Numbered from the stretch's first letter, positions 1 through 11,081 are shown. The stretch is DNA of 64,000 nt from an uncultured Collinsella sp. (GCA_958405195.1 CATYDM010000004.1:12682-76681), one strand, 5' to 3'. Numbers and translations: made by a program. The notes: generated by a model from the letters alone, not told the origin.

Positions 1-162
1 TTTCCCGTCGTGGCTTCGGGCGGCATCTCGACGCTCGACGATATCCGCGCACTGGCCGCGGTGGGTGAGGATGCCATCGAGGGCACCATTACCGGCCGTG
101 CGCTCTACGAGGGCAACTTTACGCTGGCGCAGGCGTTGGCCACCGCCCGAGGGGAGGTGTAG
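1..162 (+). CDS. hisA: ProFAR isomerase, 3' end only (runs off window)
   Basis: Frame 1 reads [18 protein letters not shown]...[15 protein letters not shown], the typical HisA C-terminus; directly upstream of hisF. Confidence 0.9.
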   Translation, partial: FPVVASGGISTLDDIRALAAVGEDAIEGTITGRALYEGNFTLAQALATARGEV

Positions 163-165
163 CCC

Positions 166-948
166 ATGCTTACCAAACGCGTGATTCCCTGCCTAGACGT
201 CAAGGACGGCCGTGTGGTTAAAGGTGTCAACTTTGTGAGCCTGCGCGATGCGGGCGATCCGGTGGAGCTGGCGCGTGCCTACGACCGCGAGGGTGCGGAC
301 GAGGTCGTCTTTCTGGACATTACCGCCACGAGCGACAACCGTGCGACGACTATCGAGATGGCGGTGCACGCGGCCGAGGAGCTCGCTATTCCCTATACCG
401 TGGGCGGCGGTTTCCGCGACTTGGCGGGCATGCGAACCATGGTTGCCGCCGGTGCCGACAAGGTGTCGCTTAACTCTGCCGCCGTGCGCGATCCGTCGTT
501 GATCAGCCAGGCCGCCGCGGCGTTTGGCAGCCAGGCCGTGGTCGTGGCGATTGATGCCAAGCGCGTGGGCCTGCCCGGTCAGCCGGATGCCGACAAGTGG
601 GAGGTCTTCACGGCGGGCGGTCGCAACGCCACGGGTATCGATGCGGTGGCGTGGGCCGAGGAAGCGGCTCGTCGCGGCGCCGGTGAGATCTTGCTCACCA
701 GCATGGATCGCGACGGCACCAAGGCTGGCTTCGACCTGGCACTCACCCGCGCCGTGGCGCGCGCGGTGCCGATCCCGGTGATCGCAAGCGGCGGCGTGGG
801 CACGCTCGAGCATTTTGCCGAGGGCGTGATCGAGGGCGAAGCCGACGCCGTACTGGCGGCCAGCGTCTTTCACTTTGGAACTTTCAGCATTCGCGAAGTC
901 AAAGAATATATGGCCTCTCAAGGTATCCCTGTCAGGTTGGACTTCTAG
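166..948 (+). CDS. hisF: Imidazole glycerol phosphate synthase cyclase subunit
   Basis: [37 protein letters not shown] motifs. Confidence 0.98.
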   Translation: MLTKRVIPCLDVKDGRVVKGVNFVSLRDAGDPVELARAYDREGADEVVFLDITATSDNRATTIEMAVHAAEELAIPYTVGGGFRDLAGMRTMVAAGADKVSLNSAAVRDPSLISQAAAAFGSQAVVVAIDAKRVGLPGQPDADKWEVFTAGGRNATGIDAVAWAEEAARRGAGEILLTSMDRDGTKAGFDLALTRAVARAVPIPVIASGGVGTLEHFAEGVIEGEADAVLAASVFHFGTFSIREVKEYMASQGIPVRLDF

Positions 949-1068
949 CGCTGCGGCTTGCCCAGGCGCCCGACCTTCCGGCTCCAACCCTCCTCGCGTA
1001 CTTTAAGTACGCGTCGTCGGGCTTGTCGCTCGGAATCTCGGGTACCTGGACAACCCTCGCCGACCTGT
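948..1068 (+). repeat. Structured ~120-nt intergenic hairpin element, copy 1 (copy 2 at 25252-25369)
   Basis: Shares GCGCTGCGGCTTGCCCAG 5' end, CGCGTAC..AAGTACGCG apex and CAACCCTCGCCGACCTGT 3' end with copy 2. Confidence 0.85.
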
Positions 1069-1094
1069 GGGGTTTCGTTTATGACTTGGGAGAA

Positions 1095-1439
1095 ATGATG
1101 ACTGAGGTAATAGAAGCGTCTGATCTTACGTATGACGCCCGCGGGCTGATTCCTTGTGTGGTTCAGCAATATGACACCGGCGAGGTACTTATGGTTGCCT
1201 GGATGAACGAGGAGTCGGTGGGACTGACGCTCAAGACCGGTACCACGTGGTTTTGGAGCCGCAGCCGACAGGAGCTCTGGAACAAGGGCGCGACGAGCGG
1301 CAACATGCAGGAGGTCAAGGAGCTCTGGGCCGACTGCGATAACGATACGCTGCTGGCCAAGGTCGACTCGCCGGGCCCTGCCTGCCATACCGGCAACCGT
1401 ACCTGCTTCTTTAAGCGCGTGGAAGGGGGAGTGCGATGA
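1095..1439 (+). CDS. hisI: Phosphoribosyl-AMP cyclohydrolase
   Basis: [34 protein letters not shown] motifs; start moved to the ATG after GGAG. Confidence 0.96.
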   Translation: MMTEVIEASDLTYDARGLIPCVVQQYDTGEVLMVAWMNEESVGLTLKTGTTWFWSRSRQELWNKGATSGNMQEVKELWADCDNDTLLAKVDSPGPACHTGNRTCFFKRVEGGVR

Positions 1440-1663
1440 AGGTCGTGACGCCGTTCGAAGTCGCCGACTGCAACACCGAGCTCCTCCGCGCGGGCGTGCC
1501 ATGCCGCGTGCACCTGACCGATGCCTGCGGGGCGCAGTCGCTTTGGCTCGAGGCCGAGAAAGAAAGGCTCGATGAGGCTCATGCTGTCATCGTCGAGTTC
1601 TTTGAGAAAAAGGGCGCAAAGCCTCGGTTCGATGAGACCGGTACCTACTTTACGCTGCAGTAA
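1436..1663 (+). CDS. Small hypothetical protein with (R/T)DAC motif (RDAC-family-like)
   Basis: ATGA overlap with hisI, good [13 protein letters not shown] motif. Confidence 0.7.
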   Translation: MKVVTPFEVADCNTELLRAGVPCRVHLTDACGAQSLWLEAEKERLDEAHAVIVEFFEKKGAKPRFDETGTYFTLQ

Positions 1664-1678
1664 CGAGAGGAAATAACC

Positions 1679-1996
1679 ATGGGAGTCAGAACAGCTAACG
1701 TGCAGCCGGGAAACATCGGCGAGACGCTGACGGGCCTGGCCGAGGTGATTCACGGTCGTCGCGATGCGTCGCCACAGGAGAGCTACACCGCTCGTCTACT
1801 GACCGACGTCGAGGACGAACTTCTCAAGAAGCTTGCCGAGGAGGCGAGCGAGGTGATCATGGCCTGCAAGGATAACGACCACGATCACATTCGCTACGAG
1901 GCCGGCGATCTGATCTACCACCTGCTCGTGACGCTCGAGCGCTACGGCATCACCCTCGACGAGCTGGCCGGCGAACTCAACGCCCGCCGCCACTAG
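1679..1996 (+). CDS. hisE: Phosphoribosyl-ATP pyrophosphatase
   Basis: SYTARLL, KKLAEEASEV, EAGDLIYHLLV motifs. Confidence 0.96.
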   Translation: MGVRTANVQPGNIGETLTGLAEVIHGRRDASPQESYTARLLTDVEDELLKKLAEEASEVIMACKDNDHDHIRYEAGDLIYHLLVTLERYGITLDELAGELNARRH

Positions 1997-2048
1997 TCGT
2001 TTAAGGACTACTCATTTAAGTCTGTCCCCAATGAGTACCCAACGACTA
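1994..2048. repeat. REP-like GGGAC-core units, one nested inside another
   Basis: TAGTCGTT...AACGACTA outer stem encloses TACTCATT-TAAGTCTGTCCCC-AATGAGTA. Confidence 0.75.
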
Positions 2049-2051
2049 ATC

Positions 2052-2963
2052 TTAGGCGAGGGGCGTGGATTTCCATTCGCCGGTGGGGTGGGGGATATCG
2101 AAGGTTCGGTAGCCGCAGTCGTAGGCGTGGGTCTGGGCCTCGCGGATATTCCAGCAGATGTCGCAGGCGCGGTGTGCGTCCGAGCCAAAAGTAATCGGCA
2201 CCTCGGCGTGGGCGAAGCGACGCAAAAGGCCGGTCGCGGGGTAGTAATCGTCGAGCTCCTTGCGCGGTGCGGCTGTCGAGACCTCGACACGGCGACCCGT
2301 ATCGTGGGCGCATTCGGCCATCTGCTCCCAAAACGGTACCGGGTCAAAGTCGGGCGCAAAGCCTTCCTTCGAAAAGCGCATGACCAGGTCGGGGTGGGCC
2401 ATCACGTCAAAGCTGAGTGAGCTTTCGCAGGCGCGGCACCAGTCGTCGACATAGCGCTCCCACACGCCGTGTACCCCCAGGTTTTCCCAAACATGCAGGT
2501 TGGTATCGTCGTCGATCCAGCCGCAGAGCGAATCGGGTGCATCGGGGCGAGCGACGTCCTTCGTTCCCGCCGTGCCCGCAGCGCCGGCCATGATATCGCC
2601 CGGATCGCCAATCCAGTGCACACTGCCCAGACGCACCACGGCGCCATCGGACCAGCGCTCCACCAAGGGCTCGCAGCCCTCGTACCAATCGCATTCAAAA
2701 CCGTAGATAAAGGCGAGCTCCGGCGCGATTTGCGCGGCGAGCTTGCGGGCGTCCTCAAATGCCAGGCGATGCGCCGTCAGGTCGCCCTCGACAATCTGCA
2801 CTTCGCAGTTGGCGTCCATGCTGGCGGGCAGGGTAAGGTGGTCAGTCGAGACCAAAACGCGGCAGCCGGCGGCGGCAGCAGCGCGGACGATTTCCTCAAA
2901 CGTGGCATGTCCATCCGAAAACGAGGTATGGGTATGGCAATCGACCAGCGGGCAGGCGGACAT
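2052..2963 (-). CDS. PHP-family phosphatase, probable histidinol-phosphatase (HisJ/HisK family)
   Basis: DCHTHT, TDH, GSVH, AHPD, FGSDAH PHP motifs; adjacent to his operon; AAGGAG SD before ATG 2963. Confidence 0.85.
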   Translation of the reverse strand: MSACPLVDCHTHTSFSDGHATFEEIVRAAAAAGCRVLVSTDHLTLPASMDANCEVQIVEGDLTAHRLAFEDARKLAAQIAPELAFIYGFECDWYEGCEPLVERWSDGAVVRLGSVHWIGDPGDIMAGAAGTAGTKDVARPDAPDSLCGWIDDDTNLHVWENLGVHGVWERYVDDWCRACESSLSFDVMAHPDLVMRFSKEGFAPDFDPVPFWEQMAECAHDTGRRVEVSTAAPRKELDDYYPATGLLRRFAHAEVPITFGSDAHRACDICWNIREAQTHAYDCGYRTFDIPHPTGEWKSTPLA

Positions 2964-3083
2964 GGCGACTCCTTTGCATTTGGCGAATCCGCTCCATTGT
3001 AATGGCGCGACCCCTGACGCGTTGGGCACGCCGGGGGTCGAAATCGATTGGAAAGGCTGCGCGGCGCGTGCCGGCGCCGGCGA

Positions 3084-3503
3084 CTACTTGCCTCGTGCCG
3101 CCACGCGTTTGGCCTGCACCGTAACCATCGCGTGCCTCACGGCGGTGATGGGGCGATAGCAGATCATGCGCGGTCCCGACCAGCGCATGACCTCGCGAAT
3201 CTTCTCGCGCATGGCAGGCCGGTAACAATGCGAGGGGCAAGCCGAGCAAAATGTCTTGGTGCCCATGTGGGGGCAGCGCTCGATGCGCGCGACGGCATAT
3301 TTCTGCAGCTCGGCGCATTCGGGGCAGAGCGTAATGGTTCGGAGTCCGAGCTTGACGCGCACGGGCTCATCGTCGCCAGCCTGCTCGACCGCATGCCCGC
3401 CGCCATGATGTCCACGACACCACAGCGCGATCATCTGCGACACCATTTGGGTCTCGCGCTCACGTTTGCGTGCCAGCTCCGGTGTGTCGACCGGGCGCGC
3501 CAT
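3084..3503 (-). CDS. YgbA / nitrous-oxide-stimulated-promoter family Cys-rich protein
   Basis: MIALWC..HH, LCPEC..L..YA..RIERCP, KTFCSACPSHCY, VMRWSGPRM; TAATG overlap with upstream ABC gene. Confidence 0.85.
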   Translation of the reverse strand: MARPVDTPELARKRERETQMVSQMIALWCRGHHGGGHAVEQAGDDEPVRVKLGLRTITLCPECAELQKYAVARIERCPHMGTKTFCSACPSHCYRPAMREKIREVMRWSGPRMICYRPITAVRHAMVTVQAKRVAARGK

Positions 3504-6500
3504 TAGCTCAGCCTCCCGTGCTCGACCGAAAGCGAGAAATCGGCAAACGCGCAGGTGCTGGCACGGTGGCTCACGAGCACAATGGTCTTGCCGCGGCGTT
3601 TGAGCTCGTCGACGGCCTGCATTACGGCTGCCTCGTTGAGGGCGTCGAGTGCGCTGGTGGGCTCGTCGAGCAAGATGAAAGGCGCGTCGTTGAGGAAGAT
3701 GCGCGCAAGGCCGATGCGCTGGCGCTCGCCGCCCGAAAGCGAGTCGCCCAGCTCGGCAACGGGCGTGTCGAGTCCCTGCGGCAGACGGTCGATGAGCGTG
3801 GTGAGTGAGGCGGAGCGGCAAGCGTCGAGCAGCTCAGCATCGGAGGCACCGGAGCGCGCGACCAGCAGGTTCTCGCGTACGGTGCCGCAGAACAGATGCG
3901 TATCCTGCGTCATGTAGGCCTCGTTGTCGCGCAGGCTCGCCGTGTTGATCCGGCGGGCGTCAACGCCGCTTACCGTGATGTCGCCGGCGGTGGGGTCCCA
4001 AAAACGCATGAGCAGCTTGAGCAGCGTTGACTTGCCCGAGCCCGAGCGCCCCATGATGCAGGTCATGGTGCCGGGCGCAAAGGTGCAGGTCACGTCGTCG
4101 AGGATGAGACTCGAAGCGGGGTCGTTCGCGACCTGCTCTGTGGCGTCGGCACCGCCCGCGTCCATGCCGCCCGCATAGCTAAAGCTCACGTGCTTGGCTG
4201 CGGCGCCGGCAAACTCAACGTCCTGTCCATCGGCGACCTCGGCGCACTGGGGCCGCTCGTCGAGCAAATCGAGCACGCGTGCGCCCGAGGCGAGCGTCTC
4301 CTGCAGTGAGGCGCCCAGGCGGCTCACGGCCATCACCGAGCCAAACGACGACACAAAGGTAAAGACGGCGACAAACGCTGCGGCAAAATCAACCGTTCCC
4401 GCAGACACCAGCTGCAGCGCACGTCCGAGCATCACCAGATTGGCCGCAAGAATAAGCGCATCGGCTACGGCCTCGCTGGCCGCCTGGCGGCGCTTGAGGC
4501 GCGCGTCCACGGCACCGACTTGCTCGGTCAGCTTGCCCAGGGCACGGCTGCGATCGGCGCCACCGGCAAACTGGATAGTCTCGGACGCGCCGCGTAGACT
4601 GTCGAGCACAAAGGCACCCAGATTACCGGCACCCTCGCGGCTCTGGCGGCCGGTGGTGCCGCATGCCTTGGCCGAGGTCAGGGGCAGCAGCACGCCCAGG
4701 ACCGCGTAGGCCACGAGCGCGATACCCGCGAGCTCGGAGCTCACAGCCAGCAAAAAGCCCTCATACACAACGGTGCAGACCAGAGCGATGGCAATGGGCG
4801 AGATGGTGTGCGCGTAGAAGACCTCGAGCAACTCGATATCCGAGGTGACCAGGCTCACGAGCTCGCCCTTGCCGCGGCCCTCGAGCTTGGCGGGGGCGAG
4901 CTGGCGCAGGGCACCAAACACCAGGTCGCGAATGTGCGCGAGCAGACGGAATGCGATGTAATGGTTGCAGAGCTGCTCGCCGTAGTGGAGCGGCCCGCGT
5001 GCGATGCCGCAGGCGGCACAGGCCGCGCATGTGACGATAAGACCAAGCCCCAAGGCGTTGCGGCCCAGCGCGGCCATAAGGCCAAAGGCGCCAAAGGCCG
5101 GAACAAACGCGGCGGTGAGCATGCCAATGCTGCCCAGCACGACAGCTAGCATAAGCCAGCCGGCAAGCGGTCGGACGAGCCCCATCATGCGCCACATGAT
5201 GGACGGCGCCGAGCGACGGGCGCGGCCGGAGTCAGGCACCGCGGCAGCAGAAGACGAGCCGGCACCGTTGAGGCCATCGGCACAGGCGGCGCTGCCGTCA
5301 ACAGCCTCAACCGCGCCGGCATCCTCGGCATCACCCTCTGCATACGCATATGCCGAGAGCTGCTCCTGGCTGTTCCACATGCGCGCATAGGCGCCCGCGG
5401 CGGCCAAGAGCTCGCCGTGAGTCCCGTGCTCGGCAATACGGCCACGCTCCAGCACCAGAATCTGGTCGGCGTCCACGATTGTCGACAGGCGATGTGCCAC
5501 CACGATTACGGTGTGCTCGCCGGCGAGCGACGCGATGACCTCGCCGATCGCGGCCTCGCTTGCGGCATCGACGTTGCTCGTAGCCTCGTCAAACACATAG
5601 ATCGGCGAGCCGTGCAGCAGGGCGCGGGCCATGCACACGCGCTGGCGCTGGCCGCCCGAAAGGTTGGTGCCGCCCTCGTTAATCACCATGTCGAGCCCGC
5701 CGTTGGCCCGCACAAAGGCCGCCACGCGCGTGCGGTCGAGCGCGCGCAAAAGCTCGGCGTCGGTGGCGTTGGGCTGGGCGAGCAGCAGGTTGTCGCGCAG
5801 GGTGCCGGCAAACAGGTAACCGTTGGTGGGCACCAGCGTGACGGCGCGCATGAGCGAGGCGGCCGTGGCATCGCGCAACTCGACGCCGCCAATGCGAACG
5901 CTGCCACGGTAGGCACCCTTGCGGCCCGCGATAATCCCCGCGAGCGTGGACTTGCCGCCGCCGCTTTCGCCCACGAGTGCCACGAGCGAGCCGTGCGCAA
6001 TGGTCGCGCTGCCGCTGTCCAGCACCGTGCGGTCGCCGTATGCATAGCTCACGCCCGCGAGCTCGATATCGCCGCGACCGTCAAGCTCAACATCGCCGCG
6101 CTCGGGCTCGGGCGTATCCAAAATGCCAAACATGCGGCGCGAGGCGGCCATGCCGTTCATGGCCGTGTGGAACAGCGATCCCAGGCGGCGCATGGGCAAA
6201 AAGAACTCCTGCGACAGAAAGACGATGAGGAAGGTGGCCTCAAAGCCGATCTTGCCCGTGGCGAGCTGCAGCGCGGCTACGATAATGCCGAGCGCGGCGC
6301 CCATATAGACGACCAGGTCCATAACGCAAATGGAGCGCAGCTGCATCACCAGCAGGCGCATGGTCGCCGTGCGGAAACGCTCGGACTCGGCGTTGATGCG
6401 CTCGTGCCAGCTGCGATCGGCCTGGTAGACCTTAAGGGTGGTGAGACCCTGCACGGCCTCCAGGAACATGCCGCCCAGATCGACATAGCTACCCCAGTAC

Positions 6501-7069
6501 TCGGCACCGATCTTTTTGGCGTTGCGCATGACCATCATGATGGAGACGGGGATGACCGGAACGCAGGCGAGCAGCAGCGCGGCGGGAAGACCCGCCTGGC
6601 CCACGAGCAGTACAAAGAGCGTGATGGGTGCCAAGCCGGCAAAGAAGAGCTGCGGCAGGTAGCCGCCAAAGTACACTTGGAGTTGCGTGGCGCCCTCGAC
6701 GCTGGTCTGGACGGCCTCGGCGGTGGGGACGGTCTCGGTGTAGGAGGGGCCGAGTGCGGTGAGCTTGTCGTAGACGAGCGAGCGCACGCGGCGGACGGCC
6801 TCGAACGCGGCCTTGTCGCCGGCGCGTTGGGCCAGGTAGATGGAGGCGGCGCGCACGATGATGGCGGCGGCGAGCGGCAAGGCCGCCTGTGCGAGGGCAT
6901 CGACGGCGAGCGCGGCGGAAAGGCCGTCCGTGACGATGCCGCCCAGAATGCGTGCAAGCGCCCACATCACCGTGATGTTTGCCATCAGCGCGATCCACTT
7001 AAACAGGACGCTTGCCAAAATGTAGGGCGTTGCCTGCGGAACCAGGGAGAAGAGCCGCTTCTCGAACAT
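3503..7069 (-). CDS. Fused heterodimeric ABC exporter (CydD/CydC-like, TMD-NBD-TMD-NBD)
   Basis: Two Walker A (GESGGGKS, GRSGSGKS), two LSGG signatures, two Walker B (FDEATS, LDEPTS), two TM blocks. Confidence 0.92.
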   Translation of the reverse strand: MFEKRLFSLVPQATPYILASVLFKWIALMANITVMWALARILGGIVTDGLSAALAVDALAQAALPLAAAIIVRAASIYLAQRAGDKAAFEAVRRVRSLVYDKLTALGPSYTETVPTAEAVQTSVEGATQLQVYFGGYLPQLFFAGLAPITLFVLLVGQAGLPAALLLACVPVIPVSIMMVMRNAKKIGAEYWGSYVDLGGMFLEAVQGLTTLKVYQADRSWHERINAESERFRTATMRLLVMQLRSICVMDLVVYMGAALGIIVAALQLATGKIGFEATFLIVFLSQEFFLPMRRLGSLFHTAMNGMAASRRMFGILDTPEPERGDVELDGRGDIELAGVSYAYGDRTVLDSGSATIAHGSLVALVGESGGGKSTLAGIIAGRKGAYRGSVRIGGVELRDATAASLMRAVTLVPTNGYLFAGTLRDNLLLAQPNATDAELLRALDRTRVAAFVRANGGLDMVINEGGTNLSGGQRQRVCMARALLHGSPIYVFDEATSNVDAASEAAIGEVIASLAGEHTVIVVAHRLSTIVDADQILVLERGRIAEHGTHGELLAAAGAYARMWNSQEQLSAYAYAEGDAEDAGAVEAVDGSAACADGLNGAGSSSAAAVPDSGRARRSAPSIMWRMMGLVRPLAGWLMLAVVLGSIGMLTAAFVPAFGAFGLMAALGRNALGLGLIVTCAACAACGIARGPLHYGEQLCNHYIAFRLLAHIRDLVFGALRQLAPAKLEGRGKGELVSLVTSDIELLEVFYAHTISPIAIALVCTVVYEGFLLAVSSELAGIALVAYAVLGVLLPLTSAKACGTTGRQSREGAGNLGAFVLDSLRGASETIQFAGGADRSRALGKLTEQVGAVDARLKRRQAASEAVADALILAANLVMLGRALQLVSAGTVDFAAAFVAVFTFVSSFGSVMAVSRLGASLQETLASGARVLDLLDERPQCAEVADGQDVEFAGAAAKHVSFSYAGGMDAGGADATEQVANDPASSLILDDVTCTFAPGTMTCIMGRSGSGKSTLLKLLMRFWDPTAGDITVSGVDARRINTASLRDNEAYMTQDTHLFCGTVRENLLVARSGASDAELLDACRSASLTTLIDRLPQGLDTPVAELGDSLSGGERQRIGLARIFLNDAPFILLDEPTSALDALNEAAVMQAVDELKRRGKTIVLVSHRASTCAFADFSLSVEHGRLS

Positions 7070-7118
7070 GAAACCTCCGATGCCATAACGGTGCCGGGCG
7101 GGGTCCTCGGCAGCCGCT

Positions 7119-7146
7119 TAGTTAGCCAAATGCAACTAGAGTAACA
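7119..7146 (-). promoter_or_regulatory. Extended -10 (TGtTACTCT) abutting an imperfect palindrome TAGTTAGC-N-GCAACTA; candidate metal-repressor operator
   Basis: TAGTT...AACTA inverted repeat 50-70 bp upstream of the ABC exporter start. Confidence 0.45.
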
Positions 7147-7282
7147 TCGTGCAGCGGGTAAGTATGCCGATGGTAATTTTTTGGCCGATGAACTGCGTAG
7201 AAAGTTCAAAATTGTTGAGTGCGGCGAACTTTGTGGTGGACGGAGTGCGGGCGCAATTCTGATCGTGTGCGGCCCCGCTCCA

Positions 7283-7347
7283 AAACGTGTACGTCAGCCC
7301 CCAAAACCGACAAAAAATGACATGTTTGGAGGCTGACGTACACGTTT
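7283..7347. repeat. 23-bp inverted repeat (22/23 match) with 19-bp spacer
   Basis: AAACGTGTACGTCAGCCCCCAAA ... TTTGGAGGCTGACGTACACGTTT. Confidence 0.8.
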
Positions 7348-7414
7348 AGATAGGGGCGAGGGCGGCGACGGACGAAAGTCACGCCTGCGCCACGTCCGAT
7401 GTGCTAGCGTTTGA

Positions 7415-7939
7415 GTGAACAAAACGAGCCCGCGCGGAAAGGATTCGGACCGTATGCAACGTGGAAGTACATCTCCGCTGTCCCGCGAGACCGATGCGCC
7501 CGAGACCATCGTCAAGCTGGAGTGCGACATCGACGACGCATCGCCCGAGGTGCTCGCCTACGCCGCCGAACGCCTGCGCGAGGCGGGTGCGCGCGAGGTG
7601 CACTGGCTACCCCTCTACTGCAAAAAAGGCCGCCCCGGCTGGCAGCTGCAGGTGATTTGCTCGCATGAGGATGTCGAGCGCCTACAGACGATTATCTTTT
7701 TGGAGACCACGACCAACGCCGTTCGTCGCCAGGTGATGGAACGCGTTTGCCTGCCGCGCCGATTCGAACAGGTGGCAACGCCTTGGGGCGAGGTATCCGT
7801 TAAGGTGGCGACCCTGCCCGACGACAGCGAGCGCGCGGCACCCGAGTACGAGGATTGCGCCCGTCTTGCCCGCGAACATGGCGTGCCGCTCCAACGCGTG
7901 ATGCAGGCGGCCCAAGCCGCGGCGTTGCGATTTGAGTGA
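7415..7939 (+). CDS. LarC C-terminal-domain-only protein (nickel insertion protein family, LarC2-like)
   Basis: LECDIDD, KKGRPG, ETTT, PEYEDC motifs; LarC N-terminal half absent; start uncertain. Confidence 0.8.
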   Translation: MNKTSPRGKDSDRMQRGSTSPLSRETDAPETIVKLECDIDDASPEVLAYAAERLREAGAREVHWLPLYCKKGRPGWQLQVICSHEDVERLQTIIFLETTTNAVRRQVMERVCLPRRFEQVATPWGEVSVKVATLPDDSERAAPEYEDCARLAREHGVPLQRVMQAAQAAALRFE

Positions 7940-7994
7940 TGCGCGCGATTGACGCGCCGCGCCAATCCAATTACCCCCACCGAAAGGACCACCC

Positions 7995-8543
7995 ATGAAA
8001 TACTTCATCGCCTCTGACATCCATGGCTCGGCATACTGGGCCGAGCGCCTCTGCACTGCCATCGAATCCGAACAGCCCGACCGCATCGTGCTGCTGGGCG
8101 ACCTGCTCTACCACGGCCCGCGCAACGACCTGCCGCGCGACTACGCTCCCAAGCGCGTGATTCCGCTGCTCAACGCCCTGGCCGACCGCATCATCGCAGT
8201 GCGCGGCAACTGCGACGCCGAGGTCGACCAGATGGTGCTCGATTTTCCCGTCATGGCCGACTACGCCACCCTGTTTGACGAGACCGGCCGCGAGCTGTTC
8301 CTGACACACGGCCACGTCTTTGGCGCCGGCATGCACAACAGCGTTGACCATGCGCCCGCGCTGCCCGAGGGCTCCGCGCTCGTCTACGGCCATACGCACA
8401 TCAAGGTCAACGAAGCGAGCGAGACGCACCCGGGCCTGTGGCTCTTCAATCCCGGCAGCGTGAGCATTCCCAAAGACGGCACGCACAGCTACGGTATCTA
8501 CGAGGACGGTGCGTTCCGCCACGTGATCCTGGAGGAGGAGTAA
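7995..8543 (+). CDS. yfcE: YfcE-family phosphodiesterase
   Basis: SDIHGS, GDLLYHGPRN, VRGNCDAEVDQM, GHTH, NPGS. Confidence 0.93.
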   Translation: MKYFIASDIHGSAYWAERLCTAIESEQPDRIVLLGDLLYHGPRNDLPRDYAPKRVIPLLNALADRIIAVRGNCDAEVDQMVLDFPVMADYATLFDETGRELFLTHGHVFGAGMHNSVDHAPALPEGSALVYGHTHIKVNEASETHPGLWLFNPGSVSIPKDGTHSYGIYEDGAFRHVILEEE

Positions 8544-8545
8544 CC

Positions 8546-9406
8546 ATGCCCGAGCATATGGCTCAGCAAAATGCCGAGGGTTCGCGCGACCTGTCGACGC
8601 TGGTAGATGCGTCGGCCGAGCTGCAGCATCTGGTGCAGACCATCTGGCGCCTGCGTCAGCCCGACGGCTGCCCGTGGGACCGTGAGCAGACGCATCAGAG
8701 CATCGGCAAGAACATGATCGAGGAGGCCTATGAGGCGCTCGATTGCATCGAGGCGGACGACGTGGCGCATCTACGCGAGGAGCTGGGCGACGTGCTCATG
8801 CAGGTCGTGCTGCATGCGCAGATCGCGGCGGACGCCGGAGAGTTTACGCTTGCCGACGTGGCGCACGATATCGACGCCAAGCTCATCCGTCGCCATCCGC
8901 ACGTCTTTGGCGATGCGGATGCCGACAGCTCCGACGAGGTACTCAAGATTTGGGACGAGGTCAAGCTTGCCGAGAAGGCCGCTAAGGACAATGCCGTGGC
9001 GGCGGGCGAGGCTGCGCCCGAGGGCCTACTCGACGGCGTGCCCACGCATCTGCCGGCGCTGATGCAGGCTCAGAAGGTGTCGCGTAAGGCGGCTGCCGTG
9101 GGCTTTGAATGGGAGACGGTCCAGGATGTGTGGGACGAGGTCGCCGAGGAGCGTGCCGAGTTTGAGGCCGAGGCTCCCGGCTCGCCCGAGCGCGAGATGG
9201 AGTTTGGCGACCTGCTCTTTGCCCTGGTCAACGTTGCGCGCAAGGAGGGAATCGACGCCGAGAGCGCCCTGCGTGCCAGCACGGCAAAGTTCCGCCGCCG
9301 TTGGGCTGCGATGGAGCAGATGGCGGCCGACGCCCACGTTGATCTGGCCGAGCTTTCGACTCACGGCCTCAACGACCTGTGGGACGCAGCAAAGGCGGAG
9401 GAGTAA
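8546..9406 (+). CDS. mazG: Nucleoside triphosphate pyrophosphohydrolase MazG
   Basis: GCPWDREQT, EEAYE, EELGDVL, RRHPHVF, EFGDLLF. Confidence 0.95.
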   Translation: MPEHMAQQNAEGSRDLSTLVDASAELQHLVQTIWRLRQPDGCPWDREQTHQSIGKNMIEEAYEALDCIEADDVAHLREELGDVLMQVVLHAQIAADAGEFTLADVAHDIDAKLIRRHPHVFGDADADSSDEVLKIWDEVKLAEKAAKDNAVAAGEAAPEGLLDGVPTHLPALMQAQKVSRKAAAVGFEWETVQDVWDEVAEERAEFEAEAPGSPEREMEFGDLLFALVNVARKEGIDAESALRASTAKFRRRWAAMEQMAADAHVDLAELSTHGLNDLWDAAKAEE

Positions 9407-9583
9407 GACTGCGGGGGCGACGAGCTGACACGCCTCATCGTTCCCGCTAAATTTTTCGAAAAACAAGTGTATCCCTCGGCTAACTTAGGGCATAATGCAA
9501 AAAGTGCGACATGGCTAACTTACGGAGGCGCACCGACGGTGCACGGTCAGCCGGTCGCTTGCATCCACTATGTTTCCAAGTGA

Positions 9584-10885
<1,302 letters not shown>

Positions 10886-10958
10886 ACGGGCGAATTTGGC
10901 GAGGGGGAGGCTGACTCGGTTCCGTCTCGCCTTGACTGGATGCTGCAAAGCGCCATTG

Positions 10959-10990
10959 GGCGCTGGGCCATATGGCTCAGCGCCTTTTTT
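10959..10990 (+). terminator. Intrinsic terminator after eno
   Basis: GGCGCTGGGCCA-TA-TGGCTCAGCGCC followed by T run. Confidence 0.8.
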
Positions 10991-11081
10991 ATGTCGAGCA
11001 AAGGCTGCCGAAGGTGGTGCGCGCGCTCGTGCTATAACTAGAATACTTAGCGCAAACAAACCTCAACCGCACAAGGCGCAC

